Shown one piece after another: positions 9,082-18,187 of a DNA stretch of 64,000 nucleotides (positions are counted from its first letter, which is position 1; every line of letters begins with the position of its first letter). The stretch covers positions 2,880,001 through 2,944,000 of the forward strand of contig CBDCDZ010000004.1 in assembly GCA_965215565.1 (NCBI GenBank), given 5' to 3'. The stretch comes from Trueperaceae bacterium (GTDB lineage Bacteria; Deinococcota; Deinococci; Deinococcales; Trueperaceae). Both the position numbers and the translations under genes were made by a program. The notes below the pieces were generated by a model that did not search any database, was not told the DNA's origin, and was given only the letters and a program-made list of their open reading frames with translations.

Positions 9082-10092
9082 TTAGGCGTCCGGCTCTATC
9101 CAGTACCTCTTATGAGGCAGTTCGTCGTCAGCGGTGTAGGTGTCCAGTTCGAAAACTTCTAGTATCGCCATCGCTCGCCGCGTCTCTTCCGGCGTCGTTT
9201 TGTTTCGCCATTTTTTAACGAGATGCTCGCGCTCTTGGGTGTTGCCGAGCATCTGCCGCGTCTTCTCATCCGACTTATAAGTTGAGTTAGACGCCACGTG
9301 AAGCTGCTTATTCATAAGATCGGTGTCGGGCAGCTCGAGCTTGCGCGCAAGTTCTTTAAGCACAGGCGCGGGCTCCAACACGAGCTGCTCGTAAGAGGTG
9401 ATAACCCAGTCGTCGGTGGCTTGTCTGAGCGGCACCGCCATCTCGAAGCACCAGGACAGCACGCAGCGCTCTATGAACGAGCCCGAACGCGCCACCTTCT
9501 CGGCAAAAGTCAACTGCTGGTCCGTGAAGTGCTCCCGGTAGCTGCTATTCATAAACGACTCGAGCCGACAGATTTCCTCGTAAGACACGGCTACTGCCAT
9601 CGGATGCCGTAACAGGAAGACAATACGCCCGTTAAAGGTGTCGCGGAACCAGTTGACCCTGTCTTCGCCGCCGTGAATGACCTTGAAGACGATGCGGCGC
9701 GTGAGGTAGCGGTAGTGTTTGTTGTAGAAGAAGTTCGTGTCTTTAGTGTGCAGTCTCCCATCACAGATGCGCCTGAAGTAGGACTCGAGCGCCGCCGTCG
9801 CCCCTTCGCTGTAAAACGCTTCCCAAGTGTCGAACCCCAACTCGTCGCGGATTCTCTTATGCCTGAGGTTGAGCGGCTCGTCGATCGCCTTGAAAGTAGG
9901 CTGGCTCAGGATAAGCTCCGTGAGCCAGGTGGAGCCGCCGCGCGGTCTGGCGAAGACAAAGACGTTGGGCGAGCCGTCAGGTCTATGGAGGTTCGTTGCA
10001 GATTTGGTGAGCCGTATAAGCTTTTCTTTAGCCGTGTAAGTCAGATTCATAAAGGTTGCGTCTCCGTGAGTTAGCGATGTGCTGTAACTCAT
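9082..10092 (-). CDS. PAPS-dependent sulfotransferase family protein
   Basis: 5'-PSB-like motif ARPRGGSTWL, EP motif, LLRHP..VAVS, YEQLV.EP; start uncertain (10092 or 10050). Confidence 0.8.
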   Translation of the reverse strand: MSYSTSLTHGDATFMNLTYTAKEKLIRLTKSATNLHRPDGSPNVFVFARPRGGSTWLTELILSQPTFKAIDEPLNLRHKRIRDELGFDTWEAFYSEGATAALESYFRRICDGRLHTKDTNFFYNKHYRYLTRRIVFKVIHGGEDRVNWFRDTFNGRIVFLLRHPMAVAVSYEEICRLESFMNSSYREHFTDQQLTFAEKVARSGSFIERCVLSWCFEMAVPLRQATDDWVITSYEQLVLEPAPVLKELARKLELPDTDLMNKQLHVASNSTYKSDEKTRQMLGNTQEREHLVKKWRNKTTPEETRRAMAILEVFELDTYTADDELPHKRYWIEPDA

Positions 10093-10311
10093 ACCAATTC
10101 CGATTGATTCGCTAGCGTAGCGAATCAATCCGAGCGGATGCGAGCGGGAACAAAGATACGGATGGAGTGTATGAACTATCATCGAACGCATTTTTCGGTG
10201 ATAGGGAATTAAACGGAATCCGTATCACATAGCGTACCTCGAGGAAACCACCTGAAACGCGCACCGCTCACAGCGCTACGGAGAAGCGCTTCGCGATACC
10301 GACAAGAACGA

Positions 10312-11079
10312 CTAATTTATGGATGTAGGTACGTTTGAATGCGCAACTGGCAAGTGCGCAGAGACACGCTGCGCGATGACCTCTGTGAGCAGCGCGTCGT
10401 AGGAGAGATAGTCTGCCAGCTTTAGGTCAATATTCGGATAAACTTCCTGCGCCGTCCCAATCGCCTCGGGTAAGTCGAGCGCCACGTGCCCGCCGAGCTG
10501 TAAAAAGTAGGGCGCAGCGACGATCTGCTCGGCGCTCGTCTCATCTACGAGCTTTTGTATGCCTTTAGCGATGTCGGGCGTGTTGATCTCCATGAAACTC
10601 ACCTGGACCGCTGCATAGTCTAAGCCACGAAGGGTTTTGGCAACCTCATAAATAGGCGCGTTCGCCTCCTCGTGAGGGGTGCCGTGCGCGATGAGGAGCA
10701 GCGCGCAGCGCGCCTTGGTGCGCGCTACCGCCGCCCGGTCGAGGACCATCTGGACGAGCGCAGGGTGATATTCGAAGGCGTCGGCAATGCTAAACGTGAG
10801 GGCTGGGTGCGCCGCTCTCGCCTCCGCGATGAGCTTGGGCAGGATGCGCTTGACGTAAAAGCCTGGGATTAAAAAATAAGGTTGAACAACGATGTGCGTC
10901 GCGCCTTTGCGGGCGCAGCGCTCAACTGCGTCGGCAACGGTAGGTTTGCTGAAATTCAAGAAACCCGCCGTGGCTATAGGCGCGACACCCTGTTTGCGCA
11001 AAAGTGCCGCTAAGCGAATCATCGACGCGCCCGAGGCTTGGCGGAGGCTACCGTGTCCAACTAAAATAACGGCGTTCAT
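10312..11079 (-). CDS. sirB: sirohydrochlorin chelatase (CbiX/SirB, two domains)
   Basis: VGHGS...PYFLIPG.YV and IAHGT...PYFL..GGHV duplicated CbiX domains; next to cobA and the sulfite reductase. Confidence 0.88.
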   Translation of the reverse strand: MNAVILVGHGSLRQASGASMIRLAALLRKQGVAPIATAGFLNFSKPTVADAVERCARKGATHIVVQPYFLIPGFYVKRILPKLIAEARAAHPALTFSIADAFEYHPALVQMVLDRAAVARTKARCALLLIAHGTPHEEANAPIYEVAKTLRGLDYAAVQVSFMEINTPDIAKGIQKLVDETSAEQIVAAPYFLQLGGHVALDLPEAIGTAQEVYPNIDLKLADYLSYDALLTEVIAQRVSAHLPVAHSNVPTSIN

Positions 11080-11900
11080 AGCGTGACGTTGAGAGGTTCC
11101 GGTGCAGGTTGAGCACGCTCTACAACTTCTGAATCGAACCAGCGCAACTCGGAGCGCAGCCGCACCACCTCGCCAACGATGAGCGTCGCGGGCGCTTTTA
11201 GGCCCGCGACGCGCACCTCTTCTGCAATAGACGCCAACGTTCCTTCAACCGTTTCTTGCTCGTCCGTCGTACCCCAACGCACCATCGCCGCAGGCGTAGC
11301 GGGCGAGCGTCCTGCCCTAACAAGCGCCTCGGTAATCGCCTCTAGCCTACCCACGCCCATGAGAATTACGAGTGTATCGACGCCTGCTAAAGCGTGCCAA
11401 TCGTGACTGGAATCCACTTTACTCGGGTCCTCATGCCCCGCTACAATCGCCACCGACGCTGCGAGGTTGCGGTGCGTGACCGGAATCCCGGCGTAGGCGG
11501 GCGCAGCCACCGCCGACGAGATGCCCGGCACGACTTCAAAGGGAATATTCGCCTCGCGAAGCGCCAGTGCCTCTTCGCCGCCGCGCCCAAAGATGAAGGG
11601 ATCGCCGCCCTTGAGCCGCACGACCTCTTTGCCTAACTTCGCTTTCTCCACCAGCAGCGCGCTGATAGCCTCTTGCGAATACGAGGACTGGACGCCGTGC
11701 TTGCCGACGTAAATAAGCTCCGCGTCGGCGCGACAGTGCTGCAGCAGCTTGGGATTGACGAGGCGGTCGTAGGCGACGACTTCGGCGTTTTGCAAGCGGC
11801 GCAAACCTTTGATGGTCAAGAGTTCAGGATCGCCTGGGCCCGCGCCGACGAGCGAGACGAAGCCCGCCGGGGAGAGGTGAGCTGAAGAGGTGTAGGACAT
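11076..11900 (-). CDS. cobA: uroporphyrinogen-III C-methyltransferase
   Basis: [36 protein letters not shown]. Confidence 0.96.
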   Translation of the reverse strand: MSYTSSAHLSPAGFVSLVGAGPGDPELLTIKGLRRLQNAEVVAYDRLVNPKLLQHCRADAELIYVGKHGVQSSYSQEAISALLVEKAKLGKEVVRLKGGDPFIFGRGGEEALALREANIPFEVVPGISSAVAAPAYAGIPVTHRNLAASVAIVAGHEDPSKVDSSHDWHALAGVDTLVILMGVGRLEAITEALVRAGRSPATPAAMVRWGTTDEQETVEGTLASIAEEVRVAGLKAPATLIVGEVVRLRSELRWFDSEVVERAQPAPEPLNVTL

Positions 11901-11932
11901 GAACCTCGTTATACCCCAAAAGTTTACAAAAG

Positions 11933-11977
11933 ATGTCAGCTATGTACTTGACATAAATTATCACTTACTTGTAGCCT
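11933..11977 (+). promoter_or_regulatory. sigma70-type promoter for cysI overlapped by palindromic operator-like sites
   Basis: TTGACA (11948-11953) N18 TAGCCT (11972-11977); inverted repeats ATGTCA-N10-TGACAT and TATGT-N5-ACATA overlap the -35 box. Confidence 0.5.
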
Positions 11978-12153
11978 CGGAGTCATGGCGGTAGAGCCTA
12001 CAGGGGTAGGCTCGAGCACGTGAAAGGAACCCCCGTGAAGCGTTCTTCTCAGCCTATGTTCGCGCTATCTTTACCCCTCGGGGCGCGATGTTCCTGCTGA
12101 CACCATACTGCCTATTCCCACCCAAACCGAACCTCACCTTTTAGGGAAGTCCT

Positions 12154-13926
12154 ATGCCTGAAGCTCAAAAGCCTAAGTCTAAAACCACCAAACCCAAGCG
12201 CACGCCCAAGCCCAGCGTCGAAGAGATCAAGATTGCCAGCCGGTATCTGAGCGAAGGGGTGAGGGAGCAGCTCGAGAACGAAAACGCCAACGTCGATGAG
12301 ACGGGCTACCAGCTCCTCAAGTTCTCGGGCATCTATCAGCAGGACAACCGCGATCTGCGCCCGCAGCTCCGCAAACAGGGCAAGGACCGCGACTACTCGT
12401 TTATGGTGCGCTCGAAAGCGCCCGCAGGCATTCTCTCGGCGGAGCAGTACTTGGTCCACGACAGGCTCTGCGACTCGCACGGCGACGGCACGATGCGCTT
12501 CACCACGCGCCAGGGCATTCAGCTTCACGGTGTCGTCAAGGGCGACCTCAAGCCGCTTATCCAAGAACTCAACCAAGCTTTGGTGACCACCCTCGCCGCC
12601 TGCGGCGACGTCAACCGCAACGTGATGGGCTGCCCTGCGCCGCAAAAAGACCGCGAACACGCCCTGATCGACCAGGTGTGCCGTGAACTCGAGGCGCACC
12701 TCTTGCCGCGCAGTGCGGCGTACTACGACCTCTGGATCGACGGCGAAAAACAGCAAGTCCCCGTGCCGCCCGCCGTATCCAACAAGGCAACCGCAGACGA
12801 GCAAGAGCCTATCTACGGCAAGACCTACCTCCCGCGCAAGTTCAAAATCGGCGTGGCGTTTCCGCACGATAACTGTGTAGATGTCTTCACCCAAGATATT
12901 GGCATTGTGCCGGTTTTAGAGGGTGAGACCTTGCGCGGTTATGACCTCTTAGTCGGCGGCGGCATGGGTATGAGCCATACCGACGACACTACGTTTCCGC
13001 GCTTAGCCGAGCCCTTAGGTTTCGTCGCACCGGACGCGCTCATCGCCACCGTCGAAGCGATTGTGACCGTTCAGCGCGACTTCGGCAACCGCGAGAACCG
13101 CAAGCGGGCGCGGATGAAGTATTTGGTGGACGAGTGGGGTATTGAGAAGTTCCGCGCGACTGTGCAAGAACGCCTCGAGCACGAGATTCAACCCTGGGTG
13201 GACGTCGGTGAATTCAGTGTGGATGACCACCTAGGCTGGCGCGAGCAGGGTGACGGGCGCTACTACTTCGGCGTGCCGGTGGAGAACGGGCGCATCAAGG
13301 ACGCGGGCGAGATGCGGCTGCGCTCTGGTCTGCGTGCCATCCTCGAGCACTTCCGCTGCGAGGTGCGCATCACGGCGCAGCACAACCTCTTGCTCGTGGA
13401 TTTGAAAGAAGAGGATGAGGAGCCACTCCGGGCGATGCTACGCGAGTACGGTATCCGCACGAAAGAGGAGATCACCAAGGCGCGGCGCTATTCTATCGCC
13501 TGCCCCGCCCTGCCGACTTGCGGGCTCGCCTTGGCGGAGTCCGAGCGGGTGATGCCGCGTGTGATTGATGATTTGGAAGGTGAACTCGAGTCCTTAGGCT
13601 TAGGGAGTGAAGACATCGTCATCCGCATGACCGGCTGCCCCAACGGATGCGCCCGCCCCCACACTGCCGAACTCGCCTTTATCGGGCGCTCGCCGGGCAA
13701 GTACAAGCTCTACGTCGGCGGTGCGTTTAACGGCGCGCGGCTGGCGCAAGAATACGCCGACTTGGTTGACCAAGACCACCTCTTGGGAACCGTCGCGCCC
13801 CTTTTCAAACTTTGGAAAGAGCAGCGTCAGCCGGATGAGCATTTCGGGGACTTCTGTTACCGTCAAGGCGTCGAAGCGTTGCAAGAGCAAACAACTCAGC
13901 TACAAGAGGTCAGGGGCCATGACTAA
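12154..13926 (+). CDS. cysI: sulfite reductase hemoprotein subunit (siroheme/[4Fe-4S])
   Basis: [33 protein letters not shown]...TGCPNGC. Confidence 0.95.
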   Translation: MPEAQKPKSKTTKPKRTPKPSVEEIKIASRYLSEGVREQLENENANVDETGYQLLKFSGIYQQDNRDLRPQLRKQGKDRDYSFMVRSKAPAGILSAEQYLVHDRLCDSHGDGTMRFTTRQGIQLHGVVKGDLKPLIQELNQALVTTLAACGDVNRNVMGCPAPQKDREHALIDQVCRELEAHLLPRSAAYYDLWIDGEKQQVPVPPAVSNKATADEQEPIYGKTYLPRKFKIGVAFPHDNCVDVFTQDIGIVPVLEGETLRGYDLLVGGGMGMSHTDDTTFPRLAEPLGFVAPDALIATVEAIVTVQRDFGNRENRKRARMKYLVDEWGIEKFRATVQERLEHEIQPWVDVGEFSVDDHLGWREQGDGRYYFGVPVENGRIKDAGEMRLRSGLRAILEHFRCEVRITAQHNLLLVDLKEEDEEPLRAMLREYGIRTKEEITKARRYSIACPALPTCGLALAESERVMPRVIDDLEGELESLGLGSEDIVIRMTGCPNGCARPHTAELAFIGRSPGKYKLYVGGAFNGARLAQEYADLVDQDHLLGTVAPLFKLWKEQRQPDEHFGDFCYRQGVEALQEQTTQLQEVRGHD

Positions 13927-14563
13927 GAACATTCCCGACCCTAGAGAAGCCATCGCTTGGGCTTTGGAGCGCTACCCCGACCTCATGATGACGAGCGGCT
14001 TCAACCTGAACGGCACGGTGCTGGTTGACTTCGCCGTGCGTGCAGGATTTAGGGGAGAGGTTGTCTTCATTGATACCCTCTCGCACTTTCCCGAAACGCT
14101 GCAAACGAGGGACACCATCGCCGCCCGCTACCCCGAAATCACCCTGACGACGCTTCAGCCTGCGTCACCCAAAGATGAATTGCCCGCGTGCGGCACGGCG
14201 AACTGCTGCCAGGTGCGCAAGTTGGAGCCCCTGCGCCTCTACCTCGCCGAAAAGCAGCCGAGCGCGCTCCTCAGCGCCCGCAGCCGCTTCCAGAGCGAGA
14301 CGCGGGCGCAGCTCAACACCGTCGAGGACAGCGGCGACTATATTAAGGTGAACCCGCTGGCGCACCTCTCGAGGGGAGACTTGGAGTCCTATGCTAAAGA
14401 CCATGACCTCCCCGTCAACCCGCTCTACTGGCGGGGCTTTCTGAGCATCGGCTGCGCGCCCGTGACGCGGGCGGTGCGCGAAGGCGAAGACGTGCGTGCG
14501 GGGCGCTGGGAAGGGCAGGAGAAGACAGAATGTGGATTGTGGTACGGGGATAAAGCGCTGTAG
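13919..14563 (+). CDS. cysH: APS/PAPS reductase
   Basis: FIDT..HFPETL, CCQVRK, KVNPL, SIGC, RAGRW...KTECGL; ATG 13919 overlaps the end of cysI. Confidence 0.92.
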   Translation: MTKNIPDPREAIAWALERYPDLMMTSGFNLNGTVLVDFAVRAGFRGEVVFIDTLSHFPETLQTRDTIAARYPEITLTTLQPASPKDELPACGTANCCQVRKLEPLRLYLAEKQPSALLSARSRFQSETRAQLNTVEDSGDYIKVNPLAHLSRGDLESYAKDHDLPVNPLYWRGFLSIGCAPVTRAVREGEDVRAGRWEGQEKTECGLWYGDKAL

Positions 14564-14690
14564 GGAGGCGTGTCAGCCTTTCAGCTTGTCAGGTTAGCGA
14601 CCGCGTTCAGCTCTCAGCTTGGAGGTAGAGCGAGGTAGGTCCTCAGGCTGCAACCTCTTGATGAGTTTTGTAAGGCGGTAGGATGGAGAG

Positions 14691-15521
14691 GTGCAGCCCG
14701 CCTCTCCATTCAACGTTACAATTCGCGGCCTCTCTCATATTGACGATCTCAAACGCTGTGAAGAGGTTCAGCGCTCGGTGTGGGGCTTCTCTGAGCTGGA
14801 GGTCTTAGCGGCGTCGCACCTGAGCGCGGCGGTTCACGCGGGTGGACTCGTTGCGGGTGCGTGGTATGAAGAGGTGGACCGGGGCAGATACAAACGAACA
14901 CTCTGCGGTTTCGTTTACGGCTTTCCTACCTACTATAAAAACGGTTCCATTGGTCTTCACTCACACATGATGGCGGTTTTGCCTAAGTATCGTGGTTTAG
15001 GTATCGGTCAGCGGCTCAAGTGGTTCCAGCGTGCGTGGTGTTTGGAGCGAGGCTTGAAGTGGGTCACGTGGACCTTCGACCCTTTACAGGTCAAAAACGC
15101 AAAACTCAACTTGGAGTATTTAGGCGGAATATCGTTCGAGTATCTCGTCAACCCTTACGGTGTAATGGGAGGAGACCTCAACGGCGAACTGCCCAGTGAC
15201 AGGCTCGTTGTCTATTGGGATTTGTTGCGTGCAGAGGTGGATGAGTTGGCGTCTGGTAGACCTCAACCACCTCTTGCTCGACCCTCTTTGCAGGACACAC
15301 CACACGTCTACGCCCTTCACGCGGATGTGCTTACGCCTGACTTCACGGACGAACCTCTTCTTTACGTAGCAACGCCTGACGATATCAACGCTTTGAGGTC
15401 TAAAAACCCGGATAAAGCTTTAGCGTGGCGGCTCGCGCAGCGTGAAGTATTTTTGGAGCTTTTCGGAAGAGGCTACAGCGTGACGCGCTTTGTGGACGGG
15501 CATTACGCCCTAACTCGGTAG
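14691..15521 (+). CDS. GNAT family N-acetyltransferase
   Basis: HSHMMAVLPKYRGLGIGQRLK; WTFDPLQ..NA.LN; PSDRL. Confidence 0.85.
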   Translation: MQPASPFNVTIRGLSHIDDLKRCEEVQRSVWGFSELEVLAASHLSAAVHAGGLVAGAWYEEVDRGRYKRTLCGFVYGFPTYYKNGSIGLHSHMMAVLPKYRGLGIGQRLKWFQRAWCLERGLKWVTWTFDPLQVKNAKLNLEYLGGISFEYLVNPYGVMGGDLNGELPSDRLVVYWDLLRAEVDELASGRPQPPLARPSLQDTPHVYALHADVLTPDFTDEPLLYVATPDDINALRSKNPDKALAWRLAQREVFLELFGRGYSVTRFVDGHYALTR

Positions 15522-15641
15522 ATTCAGGACAACCGAGCACAAATTTCGCCGCGCTCTGCACCGCCTCAACGTCCTCAATACAACGGAGTCGGGCAAGGTA
15601 ACATCGGGTGAGCGGGCAGATTCGCCTCGAGAGGACTCCCC

Positions 15642-16856
15642 ATGAACATCACGATTTTGACCAACGAATACCCCCCCAATATCTACGGCGGCGCGGGCGT
15701 CCACGTCGAGTATCTGACAAAAGAGTTGGTGCGCCTAGAGGACGCTTCTCACACCGTCCAAGTGTTCTCTTTCGGTGAGCAGGACGAGCAGCAGGGCAAT
15801 CTAAGCGTAAAAGGAATCCAGCCTGACTTCACCCCACCCTCGCAAGACCCGCGCCACGCGAAGTTTATGGACACCTTGCAGCGCGACCTCGTGATGGCAG
15901 GCAGCGTTCAAAACGCCGACATCGTCCACTGTCACACTTGGTACGCGCACCTTGCGGGCTGCTTGGTCAAGCAACTCACGGGCGCGAAACTCGTCTTGAC
16001 GACGCATTCCCTAGAGCCCCACCGCCCCTGGAAAGTCGAACAACTCGGCAGCGCCTACGTCGCGAGTACCTGGATCGAGCGCACCGCTTATCAAAACGCG
16101 GACGGCGTCGTCGCGGTATCCGAGTCGATGAAGCGCGACGTGAACGCGCTTTACGGCGTTCCTTCTGAATGCACCCGCGTTATCCCTAACGGCATCGACT
16201 TAGACGAGTACAAGCCTAAGCCTGATAAAGAGGTCTTAGGGCGCTACGGCGTCGACCCCAGCACCCCTTACGTCCTCTTCGTCGGGCGCATCACGCGGCA
16301 AAAGGGCATCTTGCACCTTGTGAACGCGATCAAAAACTTTCGCCCCGGCACCCAAGTCGTCCTCTGCGCAGGCGCACCCGACACGAAAGAAATAGAAGCG
16401 GAGATGACGGAGCGCGTCGAGACGGCGCGGGCGGAGGGAGACCAAAATATCGTTTGGGTCCGGCAGATGGTCCCGAGGGAGGACATCATCACGCTCTACA
16501 CGCACGCGGCGCTCTTCGTCTGCCCATCGGTCTACGAGCCCTTTGGCATCATCAACTTAGAGGCGATGGCGTGTGAAACGCCCGTGGTGGCGTCGGCGGT
16601 GGGCGGCATCCCGGAAATTATCAACGACGGTGAGACAGGTTTGCTCGTCCCTTTTGAGAGAGCGGGGGAGAACGACTTTGAGTCCAAGGAGCCGGAGAAG
16701 TTCTCTAAAGCTTTGGCTGAGGCGGTGAATGAGTTGCTAAAGAACCCCGAGAGGTTGGAGGCGATGGGGCGAGCCTCGAGAAAGCGTGTGGAGGAGAAGT
16801 TCGGCTGGCAGGCGGTGGCGCGGGAGACCTTAGAGTTTTACAAATCATTGCTCTGA
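15642..16856 (+). CDS. glgA: GT4 glycosyltransferase, actinobacterial-type GlgA/GlgM
   Basis: LTNEYPPNIYGGAGVHV, HSLEPHRPWKVEQLG, VGRITRQKG, YEPFGIINLEAMAC. Confidence 0.9.
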   Translation: MNITILTNEYPPNIYGGAGVHVEYLTKELVRLEDASHTVQVFSFGEQDEQQGNLSVKGIQPDFTPPSQDPRHAKFMDTLQRDLVMAGSVQNADIVHCHTWYAHLAGCLVKQLTGAKLVLTTHSLEPHRPWKVEQLGSAYVASTWIERTAYQNADGVVAVSESMKRDVNALYGVPSECTRVIPNGIDLDEYKPKPDKEVLGRYGVDPSTPYVLFVGRITRQKGILHLVNAIKNFRPGTQVVLCAGAPDTKEIEAEMTERVETARAEGDQNIVWVRQMVPREDIITLYTHAALFVCPSVYEPFGIINLEAMACETPVVASAVGGIPEIINDGETGLLVPFERAGENDFESKEPEKFSKALAEAVNELLKNPERLEAMGRASRKRVEEKFGWQAVARETLEFYKSLL

Positions 16857-16903
16857 GATGACCGAGCGATGACCTCTTTGTCGACACGCTATAATGGACA
16901 CAG

Positions 16904-17347
16904 ATGTCCGACTATCAAGCCCTGCGAGATGAAGTGGATACGCTTAAACGCTCCGTTCAAAGCCTAGAGCAAGGCGAGCGCTTCACGATGCTCGAGAAAA
17001 TCATCGACGCCAACACCCAAGCGGTGCAAGAATTCACTGAGTCGAGCCGCTTTCAGCTCAGCGAGCAGAATCGGCGCATTGAGTCGCTCGAGGTCAAGCT
17101 GAGCGAAGAGCTAAGGCGGATGGGCGATAAGATTGACGCATTGGATGTCAAGCTCAACGGTAAAATTGACGCATTAGAAGTCAAGCTAGATGGTAAAATT
17201 GACGCACTAGAAGCTAAGCTAGACGCCAAAATCGAGAGGTTCAGAACGGATTTAGAGAACAAAATCGCCCACTCGCAGACCGTCATCTTAAGCGCGATTG
17301 CTGCGGTGGGCGTGATTCTAGCGGCGATTCAGATTATTACGGCGTGA
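16904..17347 (+). CDS. coiled-coil protein with 11-residue repeats and C-terminal membrane anchor (DUF1640/CCDC90-like)
   Basis: KIDALDVKLNG/KIDALEVKLDG/KIDALEAKLDA repeats; C-terminal hydrophobic helix; TATAAT 8 nt upstream. Confidence 0.75.
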   Translation: MSDYQALRDEVDTLKRSVQSLEQGERFTMLEKIIDANTQAVQEFTESSRFQLSEQNRRIESLEVKLSEELRRMGDKIDALDVKLNGKIDALEVKLDGKIDALEAKLDAKIERFRTDLENKIAHSQTVILSAIAAVGVILAAIQIITA

Positions 17348-17348
17348 G

Positions 17349-17984
17349 TTAATTCAGCCGCACCTCTTCCTCCACCTCATCCAAATGCGACACATCATTG
17401 CTAAACGCTAGCCGCCAGTGCTCGCCCTCTTTCACGAGCTTTGTCAAACTACATAAAGGCGCGGCGTTCTCGCGGTTGCCCGTAAGCGCCTGCACTACGC
17501 CGCTGACCGTCGCGCCGTGACCGACAAAGAGGAGCGTGCCTTCGTACTTCTCTACGATGAGTTCGGCGGCTTCGCCCATGCGCGACACATTGGCCTCGTC
17601 GTCTTCGGGGAAGACGGGGTGTAAGAGAGGCTCGTGCCCGAGTTCGACGTTGGGAAAGTCTTCGGCTATGCGCTCGTGCGTAAGAATCTCAGGCTCCCCC
17701 GAAAAGTAGGTCTCGCTCAGCTTTTCGCCTAAGCCGGGCTCTAAAAACACCTGCTTGTCGAGCGCCTCCGCAATAATCTGCGCGGTTTGCACCGTGCGCA
17801 GATAGGGCGAGGCGAAAATCGTGTCGATAGGAATGTCTTTGAGGCGCTCGGCAAGCTGCTCGGCTTGCTCTAAACCGTCGGGCGAGAGTCCGGGGTCGTC
17901 GGGGCGTTCGGCGTTCTCGCGCCAGGTGTCGTCCACGAAGTCTTCGCGGTTGCCGTGGCGGGCGAGCCAGAGGGTGCGACTCAT
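17349..17984 (-). CDS. histidine phosphatase (phosphoglycerate mutase superfamily)
   Basis: LARHG, SPYLRTVQTA, VGHG. Confidence 0.92.
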   Translation of the reverse strand: MSRTLWLARHGNREDFVDDTWRENAERPDDPGLSPDGLEQAEQLAERLKDIPIDTIFASPYLRTVQTAQIIAEALDKQVFLEPGLGEKLSETYFSGEPEILTHERIAEDFPNVELGHEPLLHPVFPEDDEANVSRMGEAAELIVEKYEGTLLFVGHGATVSGVVQALTGNRENAAPLCSLTKLVKEGEHWRLAFSNDVSHLDEVEEEVRLN

Positions 17985-18187
17985 GGGCGGCTTTCTGCTG
18001 AATTCGGAAGAGCGTCTTTGAGGATAAAAGAGGATACAATCACAAGTCTTATCACACTTTCCACCCTACGCCTGAAACGCGAATTTGACCGTAAGAGAGG
18101 CTCAGGTGAGGGTGCAGGTTTTGCGCCCCTGCACCCAGAGGTAGCGCGCTATTTGAGACGAAAAGCTGAGCGGCGTAAGATAATATT

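Noticed and set aside
17129..17227. 33-bp repeats as a CRISPR array
   Set aside because: Contiguous, in-frame coding repeats with no spacers.
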